This document shows, one piece after another, positions 16,976 through 31,700 of a stretch of DNA of 64,000 bases. Below the pieces are notes generated by a model that ran no database searches, had not been told where the DNA came from, and saw nothing but the letters and a program-made list of their open reading frames with translations. The stretch comes from Eledone cirrhosa (Eukaryota), in assembly GCA_964016885.1 (NCBI GenBank), contig OZ024766.1, positions 9,486,001-9,550,000 on the forward strand. The letters are read 5' to 3'. Both the position numbers and the translations under genes were made by a program. The first letter of the stretch is position 1; each line of letters opens with the position of its first letter.

Positions 16976-17122
16976 ATGGAGTTGAATCTACGTAGAAAAT
17001 CTCACCCCATGTCTGCGGAGAAGAGATCTCCTGGCTATGTAGCTAGCCCTACACGTTACCTGAGGCACCGTGTTACACAGCACGACACTGTTTTTGCTAT
17101 TTCTCTCAAATATGATGTTTCA
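16976..17122 (+). CDS. LysM-domain protein (LYSMD1/2-like), coding exon 1
   Basis: ATG 16976 opens MELNLRRKSHPMSAEKRSPGYVASPTRYLRHRVTQHDTVFAISLKYDVS, the N-half of a LysM domain (HxV..xDT...I.LKY.V). Ends at phase-0 donor GTAAGT 17123. In-frame TAG at 16919-16921. Exact start uncertain (ATG 17009 or an upstream exon also possible). Confidence 0.88.
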
Positions 17123-17191
17123 GTAAGTTGAGCTTACATACTTCACTTTTTTATGTGTGTATATATAAATATATATGTATATATGTATGTA

Positions 17192-17273
<82 letters not shown>

Positions 17274-17296
17274 GTATATACCACTATACATATAAA

Positions 17297-17362
<66 letters not shown>

Positions 17363-17799
17363 CATATTTGTGTGTGTATATATATATATAGATAGATATA
17401 TATATATGTACATAATATATATATATATATATATGTACGTAATATGTATATAATATATATGTATTTATGTATATAATATATATGTAGGTATGTATATAAT
17501 ATATATATGTACATAATATATATGTATGTATATAATATATATATGTATATATATATATTATATATGTATATATATAATATATATATGTATATAATATATA
17601 TATGTATATAATATATATATGTATGTATGTACATAATATATATGTATGTATATAATATATATATGTACATAATATATATGTATGTATATAATATATATAT
17701 GTATATATATAATATATATATGTATATATATAATATATATATGTATATATATAATATATATATATATGTATATAATATATGTATATAATATATGTAATG

Positions 17800-17850
<51 letters not shown>

Positions 17851-18082
17851 CACTTACATATGTGTGTATATATAAATATATATACACATGTATGTATTTG
17901 TTGCAGCTACATCTCTCTTATCTCTACTCTCTTCTCTTTTTTTGTCTACCTCCTATTTTTTATCATCTATCATCTCTCCAATATCTTCAAACTCCAACTC
18001 CTATCTCCTATCTTCTCTCTATCTTCTATTTTCAGCCTTCTATCTTCTGTCTTCTGTCTGTCATCTCTTTTCTTCTATTGTC

Positions 18083-19293
18083 TGTTGTTTCCTTAAGCAA
18101 GACACTTTATTTCACATTGCTCCAGTTTACTCAACTGTAGAAATGAGATGATAGGGACTGGGGTCCCTATCATTCCACTGCAAAGTGGTTGTGGAGGTGC
18201 CATGGTAAAAAAGCACCCAGCCCACACTGTAAAGTGGTCGTGGAGGTGCCATGGAAAAAGAAAAAGCACCCAGCCCACACTGTAAAGTGGTCGTGGAGGT
18301 GCCATGGAAAAAGAAAAAGCACCCAGCCCACACTGCAAAGTGGTCGTGGAGGTGCCACGACAAAAAATCACCCAGCCCACACTGTAAAGTGGTCGTGTAG
18401 GTGCCACAGCAAAAAAGCACTCAGCCCACACTGCAAAGTGGTCGTGGAGGTCCCACAGCAAAAAAAGCACCCAGCCCACACTGCAAAGTGGTCGTGGAGG
18501 TCCCACAGCAAAAAAAGCACCCAGCCCACACTGCAAAGTGGTCGTGGAGGTGCCACAGTAAAAAGCACCCAGCCCACACTGGAAAGTGGTCGTGGAGGTC
18601 CCACAGCAAAAAAGCACCCAGCCCACACTGCAAAGTGGTTGTGGAGGTCCCACAGCAAAAAAAGCACCCAGCCCACACTGGAAAGTGGTCGTGGAGGTCC
18701 CACAGCAAAAAAAGCACCCAGCCCACACTGTAAAGTGGTCGTGGAGGTCCCACAGCAAAAAAGCACCCAGCCCACCCTGCAAAGTGGTCGTGGAGGTCCT
18801 AGTGGAAGGAAGCTGCAGTAGAGGAAGACCTGGGTATAAGAGGAATCAGATGTTGTGTGCAGGAGAGAAGACTGCACTGGTATGGACATGTGATGTGTAT
18901 GGATGGTGATTGTTGGGTGGAGAAGAGCCAGGAGATCCTAGTGGAAGGAAGCTGCAGTAGAGGAAGACCTGGGTATAAGAGAAAGCAGATGTAGTGTGAA
19001 GGAGGGAAGATTGCACTGGTATGGACATGTGATGTGTATGGATGGTGATTGTTGAGTGAAGAAGTACCAGGGAATCCCAGTAGAGGAAGACCTGGCTATA
19101 AGAGGAATCAGATGTTGTATGCAGGAGAGAAGACTGCACTGGTATGGACATGTGATGTGTATGGATGATAATTATTGAATGAGGAAGTACCAGGGAATCC
19201 CAGTAGAAGGAAACTCAGTAGAGGAAGACCTGGGTATAAGAGGAATCAGATGTAGTGTGAAGGAGGCAAGACTGCACTGGTATGGACATGTGA
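18083..19293 (+). mobile_element. Headless SINE with about 12 internal repeats, fused to tandem LINE-derived repeats of about 120 bp
   Basis: CORE segment, then (AAAGTGGTCGTGGAGGT..AAAAAGCACCCAGCCCACACTG)n to about 18797, then 4-5 diverged copies of an RLHWYGHVM..GSCSRGRP segment. Confidence 0.8.
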
Positions 19294-19843
19294 TTTTCGG
19301 AGGTTGACTGAGGAAATGGAACTGTCTATCTTTCCATTGTTTTACCTGAACACCTTATTTGGAATTCATGTTCTAAAGTCTTACTTCGTATGCAGGCTTT
19401 TTTAAAAAACTATCACATAATAGACATCACACTGCTCAGTCTGTCTTCATCTGTTCTCCCTTCTCACCATTTCTATGCCTCAGTGTCTTTGTCTGCACGT
19501 TGAGTTACAGTTTATTATTCTCTTCTGTTTTTTTTTATTTCTCTCTATCTATATATTTTACTCCCTTAGCTAGGTCCTCATACACAGTTCTCTCCCTTCT
19601 TTGTCAGATGACGCACTTGTGATACTTTTTTTTTTTTCTATACTCGTGTCATTCACCTAAAGGTATAACTTGTCTCTACTTGTTTTATTATGTCTTAATA
19701 TACACTGGAATGAATGGTATTGACCTTAATGAAACTGAAATTGTCATGATTTCCAGAGGTTGGCTGAGGATATGGGACTGTCCCTCTTTCTGTTGTTTTT
19801 CCATTTTCTTGGTCATATACGCCCACTATTTTGAATATATATA

Positions 19844-20563
19844 TCATCATCATCATCATCATCATCGTTTAACGTCCATCTTCCACGCTTGCATGGGTTT
19901 GGACGGGAATTTTCCCACTTGAGGCAAGATTGGTTGTCTTGCTCGTATAGGACTGTCTGGCGGGTTTTCTACGGCTGGATGCCCTTCCTAACACCAACCA
20001 CGTTTACAGTGTGGACTGTATCATCATCATCATCACCGTTTTACGTCCGTTCTTCCACGCTAGCATGGGTTAGACGGGTTGTCCTGTTGTGGGCAGTGTC
20101 TGGTCGGCTGACCATGCCTTGCTCATACAAGAACTGATTTGGCTTGGTTTCTACAGCTGGATGCCCTTCCTAACACCAACCTCATTTACAGTGAGTGCTG
20201 GGTACTTTTTTCCGTGGCGCCTACACGTTCACTTTACAGTGTGGGCTGGGTGCTTTTTTGCCGTGGCACCTCCACGACCACCTTGCGGTGGGGGGTGTGG
20301 AGGTGCCACGGCAAAAAATGTGGGGGCATATTGTCTATATGCTTCAGCTTGTACCCATGGGAGGTCGGGTACTCTGTATTACTGCGTGACGCCAGAGGTC
20401 ACGGTCGTGTGTCATTGCCTTTGAGAGGTGTAAATGGGTATGGTCGGCTTTTATCACCTCATCCCAGGTCATCTTGGGTCTCCCCACTCCGCGGTTTCCA
20501 TCAACTTCTAGTGCTCTGCACCTTTTTATGCAGCTATCATCCTTCATACGCATCACATGTCCA
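19844..20563 (-). mobile_element. RTE-like LINE family 2, two adjacent 3' ends
   Basis: YGHVMRMKDDSCIKRC..GRPK.TW..DRDLWR, long 3' UTR, tail AACCCATGCTAGCGTGGAAGAACGGACGT and (TGA)n. Other family-2 tails at 1-95, 248-403 and 13690-13982. Confidence 0.85.
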
Positions 20564-20573
20564 TATGTATATA

Positions 20574-20622
<49 letters not shown>

Positions 20623-21570
20623 CAAAGAAAATGTGGTAAGAAACCATGTGGACCATAACACACCAGAGTATTCAATACTTAGGGTAGTAGTTCGCATCTA
20701 GCTGTTGAAATGGCCGGGGCTCAACCATCGGGGTCCTGACTCTTTTCTTATATATATGTTCCTGTTGTGTATTGGAAGGTAACAAAAGGTTTAAAAAAAA
20801 CCCCAGAACGTAAAGGGCCATAACTCTATACCGCAAAGCGTGATGTCTTGCACACATACATACATACATGATTGTTTCTACGTTTGGCACAATTACGCCA
20901 GTGTATTACTGGTACTTTATTTTATCAACCCTGTAATAATTGTTTCTACTTTTGGCACAAGGCCAGTGTATTACTGGTACTTTATTTTATCAACCCTGTA
21001 ATAATTGTTTCTACTTTTGGCACAAGGCCAGCAATTACGCCAGTGTATTACTGGTACTTTATTTTATCAACCCTGTAATAATTGTTTCTACTTTTGGCAC
21101 AAGGCCAGCAATTACCCCAGTATATTACTGGTACTTTATTTTATTGACCCCGTAAGGACGAAAAGCAAAGTTAACCTCAGCGGTGGGGATTTGAACTAAG
21201 AACATAAAGGGCCATAACTCTATGCCGCAAAGCATGGCGTCCGACATGTACTGAACTGGAGATAGGTTAGCAAAATTTAAAAAAGCGGAGGAGGCTGGAA
21301 AAAAATCTTTAAAATTTAATAAGAGGGGTGGGGGGTGGGGCATTATTTGTGACCCCAACGTAGATTTATGATCTATTTCAAAAACTCTTATCTCACCTTT
21401 GACCTTTGACCCTAATATGCCTAAATGACATTTTGAAAAAAATGGAGGTTTCTGATTGGTTGGTTGTTTTGTTAATTTATTAATTTATTCATTCATCTTA
21501 CTTCACTGAATGTTTTATCTTTGTGGGTCTCCAACTTTCAGGAGTGGAGGTCACAGATGTATATACATAT

Positions 21571-22945
21571 ATCATCATCATCATCATCAACGTTTAACGT
21601 CCGTGTTCCACGCTTGCATGGGTTTGGACGGGGGTAGTCCCACTTGAGGCAAGAGTGATTGTCTTGCTCGCATAGGACTGTCTGGCAGGTTTTCTACAGT
21701 TGGATGCCCTTCCTAACACCAACCACATTTACAGTGTGGGTCTGGGAGGTTTTTACCGTGTTGCCTACACGGCCACATTACAGCGTGGACTGTGTGTTTT
21801 TTTGTCGTGACACCTACACGATCTCATTTGTTTCGGCCTCGATGGCGCGGCACCAACATAACTTTACATAGAACGGGGTGGTGTGGATGGGGTGGGGGTG
21901 GTGGTGGTGGGACGGGGTGTATTTTGTTAGGGATGCCTACTGGCTGGAGTAGGTTTTACTATATATTTAGGTAAGGCGGGTCTTCTCTGTTACTGAGTAC
22001 CGCCAAAGGTCTCGGTCCAGTGACATTGTCTTGGAGAGGTGTAAGTGTGTGATGTCGGAGTTTATCAGCTCGTCCCAGGTTTTTCTAGGTCTGCCTATTC
22101 CGTGACTACCGTCTATCTTTATTGCCCTGCACTTTGTTATACAGCTATCGACTTTCATGCGCATCACGTGTCCATACCAACGTAGCCTTCTCTCGATATA
22201 CTTATATATATATATATACACACACACACTCTCTCTATATATATATATATATACACACACACTTCAATATATATACGCATGTACACATACATATATACAC
22301 ACCTCACACACACACACAATATATATATATATACACAATATATATCAGATGCTGTTTACTTGAGAGAAGACTACGTTGGTATGGTCACGTGATGCGCATG
22401 AAAGACGACAGCTGTATAAAAAAGTGCGGGGTGATCAAAACTGACGGAAGTTACGGAGTAGGTAGACCCAGAAAAACCTGGGACGATCTGATAAATTCCG
22501 ACCTCACACACACCTCTCCAAGACAATGTCACTGGACCGAGATCTTTGGCGCTACGCAGTAATACAGAAGACCTGTCTTGCCTAAGTACAAAGCGAAACC
22601 TACAGTCAGTAGGCACCTCTTAATCAAATATACACCCCCATCCCACTACCCCCAACTCCCCCACCCCCACCAACACCACCCCTTACTCTGTAAAGCTATG
22701 TTGGTACCACAACATCCAGTCCTAAATAAATGAGATCGTGTAGGTGTCACGATAAAAAAAACACACAGTCCACGCTGTAATGTGGCCGTGTAGGTAACAC
22801 GGTAAAAACCTCCCAGTCCACACTGTAAAGGGTATCCAGCTGTAGAAAACCTGCCAGACAGTCCCATACGAGCGAGACGTGGGACAATTTCCATCTAAAC
22901 CCATGCTAGCGTGGAATATAGACGTTAAACAATGATGATGATGAT
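21571..22945. mobile_element. Divergent (head-to-head) pair of RTE family-2 3' fragments
   Basis: 21571-22196 on the - strand and 22346-22945 on the + strand, both truncated near ERRLRWYGHVMRM, separated by a TA/CA spacer. Confidence 0.85.
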
Positions 22946-23077
22946 ATATATACACAATATATATCTACACACAATATTTATTATAGGTACAGATTAAAGT
23001 TTAAGCAAAGAATTGCTACTTTCACCCTTTTACGGGATCTCCTGAAACAATATATATACATATATACATATATACAT

Positions 23078-23514
23078 ATCATCATCATCATCATCATCAT
23101 CATCATTTTACGTCCGCTTTTCCCTGCTTGCAAGGGTAGGACGGGTCTTATTCGGCACAGCATCTCTCCACTCGTCACGATCCTTCGTCATCTCCACCGT
23201 GTGCTTCAATGATCTGAGGTCTGTTCTCACCACCTCCGCCCATGTTTTTCGTGGTCTACCTCTACCACGTCTTCCTTCAACTGGCATTTCCTGGCACTTC
23301 CTCACCCATCGGTCATCCTCCATGCGCATCACATGTCCATATCACCTCAGTCTCCTCTCCCGTACACTACACTCTATCCCTCTCAGACACAGTTTCTCTC
23401 TCAACACATTTATGCTGGGTCGTTCACGCACATTTACACTGCACATCCAACGGAGCATGCTTGCCTCATTTCTCTCCAGCCGTCGCATATCCTCTGCAGT
23501 TGCTGCCCATGTCT
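23078..23514 (-). mobile_element. RTE-like LINE 3' fragment (family 1)
   Basis: Same ORF end and (TGA)n tail as 5165-5775. Confidence 0.9.
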
Positions 23515-23550
23515 CGTTATATATATATATATATATATATATATAACGTT

Positions 23551-24055
23551 GGCACATGGCTTAGTGGTTAGAGCATTGGCCTTGCAATCGAAAGGTTGTG
23601 AGTTCAATTCTCGGACCGGGTGATGTGTTGTTTCCTTGAGCAAGACACTTTATTTCACATTGCTCCAGTTTACTCAGCTGTAGAAATGAGCTGATACGGA
23701 CTGGGGTCCATATCATTCCACTGTAAAGTGGTCGTTGAGGTGCCACGGCAAAAAAACACCCAGCCCACACTGTAAAGTGGTCGTGTAGGCGCCACGGCAA
23801 AAAAGCACCCAGCACTCACTGTAAATGAGATTGGTGTTAGGAAGGGCATCCAGCTGTAGAAATGCGATGAAAGGGACTGGGGTCCCTATCATTCCACTAC
23901 AAAATGGTCGTGGAGGTGCCACGGCAAAAAAGCACCCAGCACTCGCTGTAAATGAGATTGGTGTTAGGAAGGGCATCCAGCTGTAGAAATCAAGCCAGAA
24001 TCAGTTCCCGTCCCACCCTTGCAAGCAGGGAAAAGCGGACGTAAAATGAAATGAA
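23551..24055 (+). mobile_element. tRNA-derived CORE-type SINE with RTE tail
   Basis: A box TGGCTTAGTGG, B box GAGTTCAATTC, CORE-like CCTTGAGCAAGACACTT..CAGTTTACTCAGCTGTAGAAATGAG (cf. MIR core), and a 3' end identical to RTE family 1. Confidence 0.88.
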
Positions 24056-24057
24056 CG

Positions 24058-24097
<40 letters not shown>

Positions 24098-24834
24098 ATA
24101 AATTAACGGGGCCGTAGACTCTTGCCATTCCCTGTAAATAATGTGCTCAAAGGAGAGGAAATCCTGAGCTCTTTAAAATACAATATGTTGAAAAGTAACA
24201 CACCAGAGAGAGATATACAGTGCGCTATTGCAATAGATACTCTTTTCTATTAATGTCTATTTCCTTTCTTCCTAATCACTGAACCAACAAAATAAACATG
24301 GCTTTTAACCCACTGATGGATACTTCTTATCCAGAAATCATTGACGAATTGACATACTAGTAAGAAAAAGGATTGACTATGTATACATGGGTATTTGTGC
24401 TCAATGTCATCTGTAATTCATTAATTCGTGATAGAAAGCTGTAGGTTTATGTTATCTGTTTAATAAAATAATGGTTGTCATTAATTTTAAAGCAATCCTC
24501 TCGTCCGACCCTCTACTGATACTGCCAATCCACCGCCATTCCCTGTAAATAATGTGCTCAAAGGAGAAGAAATCCTGAGCTCTTTAAAATACAATATGTT
24601 GAAAGGTAACACACTAGAGAGAGATATACAATGCGCTATCAATAAAACAGGGAAAAACCACCAGTGTATGGAGTCTATAACCTATGAAAGGCAGACTATA
24701 GACACACGATATGTATAGCCTTACACACGCTGAGGAATTGAGGTTATTCCATTTCTGTCAACAACTTATTGGCGAAACAACTTTCTGTAAATAGTTACTC
24801 CTATCTAGGGCATCTCTTTTACCCTTGTAGCAGT

Positions 24835-24865
<31 letters not shown>

Positions 24866-25320
24866 CAGACACACACAATATATATATACACCAGACACAC
24901 AATATATATATACACCAGACACACACAGTATAAATATACACACACCAGACACACACAATATATATACACACCAGACACACAATATATATATATATATATA
25001 TATACCAGACACACAATATATATATATACACCAGACACACACAATATATATATATATACACCAGACACACACAATATATATATACACCAGACACACACAA
25101 TATATATATACACCAGACATACACAATATATATATACACCAGACATACACAATATATATACACACCAGACACACAATATATATATACACCAGACACACAA
25201 TATATATATATATATACACCAGACACACAATATATATATATATATACACCAGACACACACAATATATATATATATATATATACACACCAGACACACACAA
25301 TATATATATACATCAGACAC

Positions 25321-25357
<37 letters not shown>

Positions 25358-25392
25358 CAGACACAATATATATATACACACCAGACACACAC

Positions 25393-25423
<31 letters not shown>

Positions 25424-25431
25424 CAGACACA

Positions 25432-25473
<42 letters not shown>

Positions 25474-25725
25474 CAGACACACACTATATATATATATATA
25501 TACACACCAGACACACACAATATATATATATATATACATACACACCAGACACACACTATATATATATATATATATATATACACACCAGACACACACTATA
25601 TATATATATATATATATATACACACCAGACACACACAATATATAGTTATGTGTAAATACACAGCTCAAGTTTCTCTGAGAAGTAGACAGGAATTGTTTGC
25701 CCTTGTTTTACACTGTCAGCATATA

Positions 25726-27145
25726 TCTTCTTCTTTGCCTTCTTCTTCTTCTTTGCCTTCTTCTTCTTTGCCTTCTTCTTCTTCTTTGCCTTCTTCTTCT
25801 TCTTCTTCTTTGCCTTCTTCTTCTTTGCCTTCTTCTTTGCCTTCTTCTTCTTTGCCTTCTTCTTTGCCTTCTTCTTCTTTGCCTTCTTCTTTGCCTTCTT
25901 CTTCTTTGCCTTCTTCTTTGCCTTCTTCTTCTTTGCCTTCTTCTTCTTCTTTGCCTTCTTCTTCTTCTTTGCCTTCTTCTTCTTCTTCTTCTTCTTCTTC
26001 TTTGCCTTCTTCTTCTTTGCCTTCTTCTTTGCCTTCTTCTTCTTTGCCTTCTTCTTCTTTGCCTTCTTCTTTGCCTTCTTCTTCTTTGCCTTCTTCTTTG
26101 CCTTCTTCTTCTTTGCCTTCTTCTTTGCCTTCTTCTTCTTTGCCTTCTTCTTCTTCTTTGCCTTCTTCTTCTTTGCCTTCTTCTTCTTTGCCTTCTTCTT
26201 TGCCTTTTTCTTTGCCTTCTTCTTCTTCTTTGCCTTCTTCTTCTTCTTTGCCTTCTTCTTCTTCTTTGCCTTCTTCTTCTTCTTTGCCTTCTTCTTCTTC
26301 TTTGCCTTCTTCTTCTTCTTTGCCTTCTTCTTCTTCTTTGCCTTCTTCTTCTTCTTTGCCTTCTTCTTCTTCTTCTTCTTCTTCTTCTTTGTCTTCTTCT
26401 CCTTCTTCTCCTCCTCCTCCTCCTCCTTCTCTCTGACCTCCACGACTCCCACACCAGCCCTCACTCACACTTGGTGTCTCCACTGTCACTCCAACTCTCA
26501 CTCACTGTCTGTTTCTCCCTACTCCACTTCCGCTCCCACTCCAACCCTTACTCAAACTCTAAGCCCACTTCCGCTCTTACTCCAACCTTCACTCATCGTC
26601 TGTTTCTCCCTACTCCACTCCCACCTCAACCCTCACTTCCATTCTCACTCCAACCTTCACTTCACTTACACTCAAGCCCTTATTTTCTCACTCACCATCT
26701 ATTTCTCCCTACTCCACCTCCACTTCCACTCACACTCACCCTCACTCTCGTGCCAACCATCACTCTCACTCCAACCTTCACTTCACTTACACTCAAGCCC
26801 TTATTTTCTCACTCACCATCTATTTCTCCCTACTCCACCTCCACTTCCACTCACCCTCACTCTCATGCCAACCATCACTCTCACTCCAACCTTCACTTCA
26901 CTTACACTCAAGCCCTTATTTTCTCACTCACCATCTATTTCTCCCTACTCCACCTCCACTTCCACTCACACTCACTCTCACTCTCGTGCCAACCATCACT
27001 CTCACTCCAACCTTCACTTCACTTACACTCAAGCCCTTATTTTCTCACTCACCATCTATTTCTCCCTACTCCACCTCCACTTCCTCTCACACTCACCCTC
27101 ACTCTCGTGCCAACCATCGCTCTCACTCCAACCCTCACTCATCAC
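25726..27145. repeat. (TTC)nTTTGCC array followed by C/T-rich tandem repeat of about 120 bp
   Basis: 25726-26432 nearly pure pyrimidine; 26640-27145 four or more copies of a unit of about 117-121 bp. Confidence 0.92.
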
Positions 27146-27170
27146 CCTTGTTTCTCCTCTCTCCCAACAG

Positions 27171-27553
27171 GTGGAGCAACTGAAGCGTGAGAACAAGCTG
27201 TGGTCAAACGACGCGCTGATCCTTCGGGAGTTCCTCCTCGTGCCGCTGACCAACGAGAACTCGAACTGCGTGCCGGAGGGGTCGGAGATCGTACGAGCGG
27301 CCAGCCTCAAGTCCGACTCGACGACAGACCCCCTCCGCTCGTCGTCGTCTAGCAACCACCACCACCACCACCACCACCACAACAGCAGTGGCAATGGGCC
27401 AACGACGCCCTGCACAGAGGAGTGTGTTACGGAAGGAGGGGGCCAGTCGAGCACCAGTGCCCCTGACCTGTCGGCGAAGGACTTTCTATACAAATACGAC
27501 TCCAGCTTTGCCCAGCTCAAGTCGAACGTACAAAGAATGGAAGAGAGCACAAG
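27171..27553 (+). CDS. LysM-domain protein (LYSMD1/2-like), coding exon 2
   Basis: Pyrimidine tract plus CAG acceptor at 27170. VEQLKRENKLWSNDALILREFLLVP completes the LysM domain in phase 0. SAKDFLYKYDSSFAQLK resembles the LYSMD1/2 SAxDFLxxxD motif. Phase-2 donor GTAATC at 27554. Confidence 0.92.
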
Positions 27554-27571
27554 GTAATCTTTGGCCCCTTT

Positions 27572-28700
27572 CTTAAAATACATCCCTTAAAGTATTACCC
27601 TAAACTACACCACCTAAAATACACCCCTTAAAGTATCTCTCTAAAATACACCCCTTAAAGTATCTCTCTAAAATACACCCCTTAAAGTATCTCCTTAAAC
27701 TACACTCCTTAAAATACACCCCCTAAAATACACCCCTAAAATATATCCCCAAAATATTTGCCCTAAAATTCACCTCTTAAAGTATATCCCTCAAATACAC
27801 CACCTGATATACACTCCTTAAAGTATGTATATCCCTAAAATGTACCATGTGAAATACACTCCCTAAAATGCTCTCCCTTAAAGCATGACCCTAAAATTTA
27901 CCCATAAAATATATCCCCAAAATATTTACCCTAAAATACACCCTTTAAAGTATAACCCCAAAATACACCCCCCGTTAAAGTATATATATCCCTAAAATTC
28001 ACCATGTGAAATACACACCCTAAAATGCTCTTATTAAAATATACCTCCTAAAAATGCTCTCCCTAAACTACACCACCTAAAATACACCCCTTAAAGTATA
28101 TCTCTAAAATACACCACCTAAAATACACCCCTTAAAGTATATCCTTTAAATTACACCCCTTAAAGTATATCCCTAATATACACCCCTTAAAGTATATTCT
28201 TAGACTACACCACCTAAAATACACCCCTTAAAGTATATTCTTAAACTACACCACCTAAAATACACCCCTTAAAGTATATCCTTTAAATTACACCTCTTAA
28301 AGTATATCCCTAAAATACACCCCTTAAAGTATATCCCTAAAATACACCCCTTAAAGTATATTCTTAAACTACACCACCTAAAATACACCCCTTAAAGTAT
28401 ATCCTTTAAATTACACCTCTTAAAGTATATCCCTAAAATACACCCCTTAAAGTATATCCCTAAAATACGCCCCTTAAAGTATATTCTTAAACTACACCAC
28501 CTAAAATACACCCCCTTAAAGTATATTCTTAAACTACACCACCTGAAATACACTCCTTAAAGTATATATGTCCCTAAAATGTACCATGTGAATACACCCC
28601 CTAAAAGGCTCTCCCTTAAAGTTTGACCCTAAAATACACTCCTAAAATATTTGCCCTAAAATATATCCCCAAAATATTTGCCCTAAAATACACCTCTTAA
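27572..28700. repeat. Complex short-period minisatellite (CCCTAAAATACACC / CTTAAAGTATAT)
   Basis: Starts just after the LysM exon 2 donor; interleaved 13-25 bp units. Confidence 0.9.
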
Positions 28701-28747
28701 CTCTTTAAGCATTTAAACTAGCTGTATCCTGCCAGAATTATCTCACC

Positions 28748-31700
28748 ATCACATTAGATAATACTGTAAATATTCACAACAATCTGTCTACCAGTAAAGA
28801 TACTATAAACATTTAGTACAACACAACACTATGACTACATCACATTAGATATTAAAGTCTTTACTGTAATACTGTAAATTTTCACAACAATCTGTCCACC
28901 AGTAAAGATACTATAAACATTTAGTACAAACAACACTATTACTACATCACATTAAATATTAAAGTCTTTACTGTAATACTGTAAATTGTCACAACAATCT
29001 GTCCACCAGTAAAGATACTATAAACATTTAGTACAAAACAACACTATGACTACATCACATTAAATATTAAAGTCTTTACTGTAATACTGTAAATATTCAC
29101 AACAATCTGTCCACCAGTAAAGATACTATAAACATTTAGTACAAAACAACACTATGACTACATCACATTAAATATTAAAGTCTTTACTGTAATACTGTAA
29201 ATTGTCACAACAATCTGTCCACCAGTAAAGATACTATAAACATTTAGTACAAAACAACACTATGACTACATCACATTAAATATTAAAGTCTTTACTTTAA
29301 TACTGTAAATTTTCACAACAATCTGTCCACCAGTAAAGATACTATAAACATTTAGTACAAAACAACACTATGACTACATCACATTAAATATTAAAGTCTT
29401 TACTTTAATACTGTAAATTTTCACAACAATCTGTCCACCAGTAAAGATACTATAAACATTTAGTACAAAACAACACTATGACTACATCACATTAAATATT
29501 AAAGTCTTTACTGTAATACTGTAAATTGTCACAACAATCTGTCCACCAGTAAAGATACTATAAACATTTAGTACAAAACAACACTATGACTACATCACAT
29601 TAAATATTAAAGTCTTTACTGTAATACTGTATATTTTCACAACAATCTGTCCACCAGTAAAGATACTATAAACATTTAGTACAAAACAACACTATGACTA
29701 CATCACATTAGATATTAAAGTCTTTACTGTAATACTGTAAATTTTCACAACAATCTGTCCACCAGTAAAGATACTATAAACATTTAGTACAAACAACACT
29801 ATTACTACATCACATTAAATATTAAAGTCTTTACTGTAATACTGTAAATTTTCACAACAATCTGTCCACCAGTAAAGATACTATAAACATTTAGTACAAA
29901 ACAACACTATGACTACATCACATTAAATATTAAAGTCTTTACTTTAATACTGTAAATTTTCACAACAATCTGTCCACCAGTAAAGATACTATAAACATTT
30001 AGTACAAAACAACACTATGACTACATCACATTAAATATTAAAGTCTTTACTGTAATACTGTAAATTGTCACAACAATCTATCCACCAGTAAAGATACTAT
30101 AAACATTTAGTACAAAACAACACTATGACTACATCACATTAAATATTAAAGTCTTTACTGTAATACTGTATATTTTCACAACAATCTGTCCACCAGTAAA
30201 GATACTATAAACATTTAGTACAAAACAACACTATGACTACATCACATTAGATATTAAAGTCTTTACTGTAATACTGTAAATTTTCACAACAATCTGTCCA
30301 CCAGTAAAGATACTATAAACATTTAGTACAAACAACACTATGACTACATCACATTAAATATTAAAGTCTTTACTTTAATACTGTAAATTTTCACAACAAT
30401 CTGTCCACCAGTAAAGATACTATAAACATTTAGTACAAAACAACACTATGACTACATCACATTAAATATTAAAGTCTTTACTGTAATACTGTAAATTGTC
30501 ACAACAATCTGTCCACCAGTAAAGATACTATAAACATTTAGTACAAAACAACACTATGACTACATCACATTAAATATTAAAGTCTTTACTGTAATACTGT
30601 ATATTTTCACAACAATCTGTCCACCAGTAAAGATACTATAAACATTTAGTACAAAACAACACTATGACTACATCACATTAGATATTAAAGTCTTTACTGT
30701 AATACTGTAAATTTTCACAACAATCTGTCCACCAGTAAAGATACTATAAACATTTAGTACAAACAACACTATTACTACATCACATTAAATATTAAAGTCT
30801 TTACTGTAATACTGTAAATTTTCACAACAATCTGTCCACCAGTAAAGATACTATAAACATTTAGTACAAAACAACACTATGACTACATCACATTAAATAT
30901 TAAAGTCTTTACTTTAATACTGTAAATTTTCACAACAATCTGTCCACCAGTAAAGATACTATAAACATTTAGTACAAAACAACACTATGACTACATCACA
31001 TTAAATATTAAACTCTTTACTGTAATACTGTAAATATTCACAACAATCTGTCTACCAGTAAAGATACTATAAACATTTAGTACAAAACAACACTATGACT
31101 ACATCACATTAAATATTAAAGTCTTTACTGTAATACTGTATATTTTCACAACAATCTGTCCACCAGTAAAGATACTATAAACATTTAGTACAAAACAACA
31201 CTATGACTACATCACATTAGATATTAAAGTCTTTACTGTAATACTGTAAATTTTCACAACAATCTGTCCACCAGTAAAGATACTATAAACATTTAGTACA
31301 AACAACACTATTACTACATCACATTAAATATTAAAGTCTTTACTGTAATACTGTAAGTTGTCACAACAGTCTGTCCACCAGTAAAGATACTATAAACATT
31401 TAGTACAAAACAACACTATGACTACATCACATTAAATATTAAAGTCGTTACTGTAATACTGTATATTTTCACAACAATCTGTCCACCAGTAAAGATACTA
31501 TAAACATTTAGTACAAAACAACACTATGACTACATCACATTAAATATTAAAGTCTTTACTGTAATACTGTATATTTTCACAACAATCTGTCCACCAGTAA
31601 AGATACTATAAACATTTAGTACAAAACAACACTGTGACTACATCACATTAAATACTAAAGTCTTTACTGTAATACTGTAAATTTTCACAACAATCTGTCC

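Noticed and set aside
23551-23620. tRNA gene
   Set aside because: A and B boxes are present but there is no proper acceptor stem, and it continues into a SINE body with many copies.
25646-27190. Long K/A, R/Q, E/G/K, S/L/P ORFs resembling histone H1 or protamine
   Set aside because: All six frames are open because of a TTC-based repeat inside an intron.
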